Positions 36,916 through 37,779 of a DNA stretch of 37,779 nucleotides are shown here, in pieces. Position 1 is the stretch's first letter. Each line of letters begins with the position of its first letter. The stretch spans positions 1-37,779 of the forward strand of contig DASSXV010000088.1 of NCBI GenBank assembly GCA_035703635.1, written 5' to 3'. The notes beneath the pieces are model-generated. The model saw only the letters and a list, made by a program, of their open reading frames with translations. It searched no databases and had not been told where the DNA came from. The position numbers and the translations under genes are program-made. The DNA is from Trueperaceae bacterium. GTDB lineage: Bacteria > Deinococcota > Deinococci > Deinococcales > Trueperaceae.

Positions 36916-37779
36916 ATGAAGCTCCAGGCCGTTAAGGGCACCCAAGACATCCTCCCAAGCGATCAGCCCACTTGGCACGCCGTAAGCGCGGCAGCCGCGA
37001 ACGTCCTCGGTGACGCCGGGGCAGGCAAGATCACCACCCCCATCTTCGAGTTCACTGAGGTGTTCGAGAAGTCGGTAGGCGACTCTGCCGATCTCGTCGT
37101 CCAGAAGGAGATGTACACCTTCGAGGACCGCGGCGGCCGCAGCCTCACGTTGCGGCCAGAGTTCACGGCCGGCGTGATGCGCGCGTTCATCGAGCACGGC
37201 ATGCACACCCTCCCGCAACCCGTGAAGCTCTGGAGCGAAGGTCCGCTGTTCAGGGCCGAGAACGTGCAGCGCGGTCGCTTCAGGCAGTTCCACCAAGTCA
37301 ACTACGAGACCATCGGCACGGACGCGCCGGTGGCCGACGCCGAGGCCATCGAGCTCCTCTACCGCACGCTTCAAGCCTGCGGCCTGACGCGCCACCGCAT
37401 CAAGCTCGGCTCGGTAGGCGACCCTAGCGACCGTCAGGCCTACAACGCCTACTTGCGCGCTGAACTCGCTGGCGTGGCTGAGCGACTGACGCCCGTCAGC
37501 CAGGAACGCTTGCGCCTCAACCCCCTCAGGGTCCTCGACAGCAAGGACGCGGGCGACCAGGCGTTGATAGCGCACTTGCAAAGGCCAGTCGAGCGCCTGA
37601 CTGGCGCCGCGCGCGAGCACCTCACCGCCGTCGAGGTTCACTTGCAGGCGTGGGGCGTGCCTTACGACCTAGACCCGGCCATAGTGCGGGGGCTCGACTA
37701 CTACCGCCGCACGGCGTTCGAGGTCCACTATCACGGTATCGGCGCACAGTCGGCGCTCGGTGGTGGGGGTCGCTACGAC
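36916..37779 (+). CDS. hisS: histidine--tRNA ligase (partial, runs off the right edge)
   Basis: Manual translation MKLQAVKGTQDILP..TPIFE..VQKEMYTFEDRGGRSLTLRPEFTAG..FRAENVQRGRFRQFHQ..IVRGLDYY..GGGGRYD. Confidence 0.97.
   Translation, partial: MKLQAVKGTQDILPSDQPTWHAVSAAAANVLGDAGAGKITTPIFEFTEVFEKSVGDSADLVVQKEMYTFEDRGGRSLTLRPEFTAGVMRAFIEHGMHTLPQPVKLWSEGPLFRAENVQRGRFRQFHQVNYETIGTDAPVADAEAIELLYRTLQACGLTRHRIKLGSVGDPSDRQAYNAYLRAELAGVAERLTPVSQERLRLNPLRVLDSKDAGDQALIAHLQRPVERLTGAAREHLTAVEVHLQAWGVPYDLDPAIVRGLDYYRRTAFEVHYHGIGAQSALGGGGRYD

Noticed and set aside
36406-37641. 411-aa minus-strand ORF
   Set aside because: Antisense shadow of hisS and the IPT lipoprotein, typical of high-GC DNA.

Overview
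High-GC bacterial chromosomal segment, most likely Deinococcota (possibly Trueperaceae-like). This is inferred from a complete LysW-carrier lysine operon with a Cys-free LysW and many apparently leaderless genes. Left part (1-11.2 kb): stress/detox genes (VOC, two RibD_C/DHFR-like, SRPBCC, AlkD-like, DUF1810, thioredoxin with a CsoR-type operator, RidA, YihY), an ECF29-type sigma factor with a His-rich secreted partner and a candidate autoregulatory promoter, and a cNMP-patatin. Middle (11.4-20 kb, partly AT-richer by eye): a lone divergent ActC/NrfD subunit, an Ig-like lipoprotein, a PQQ alcohol dehydrogenase with the lanthanide-type D-Y-D motif plus XoxJ/MxaJ-like and PQQ-system binding proteins, and a convergent Tat-exported Rieske protein. 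No cytochrome c or pqq gene is visible in the window. Next comes a three-gene signalling operon: class III cyclase-STAND ATPase-TPR, receiver fused to a CxxC-less thioredoxin-reductase-like protein, and a cNMP-binding histidine kinase. Right part: fsr-type MFS, 3-hydroxybutyrate dehydrogenase, lysWXYZJK, mgtE, yfbR, an IPT/TIG lipoprotein and the 5' part of hisS. No rRNA, tRNA, CRISPR or transposase was recognised. All calls come from motif recognition by eye; no database search was run.
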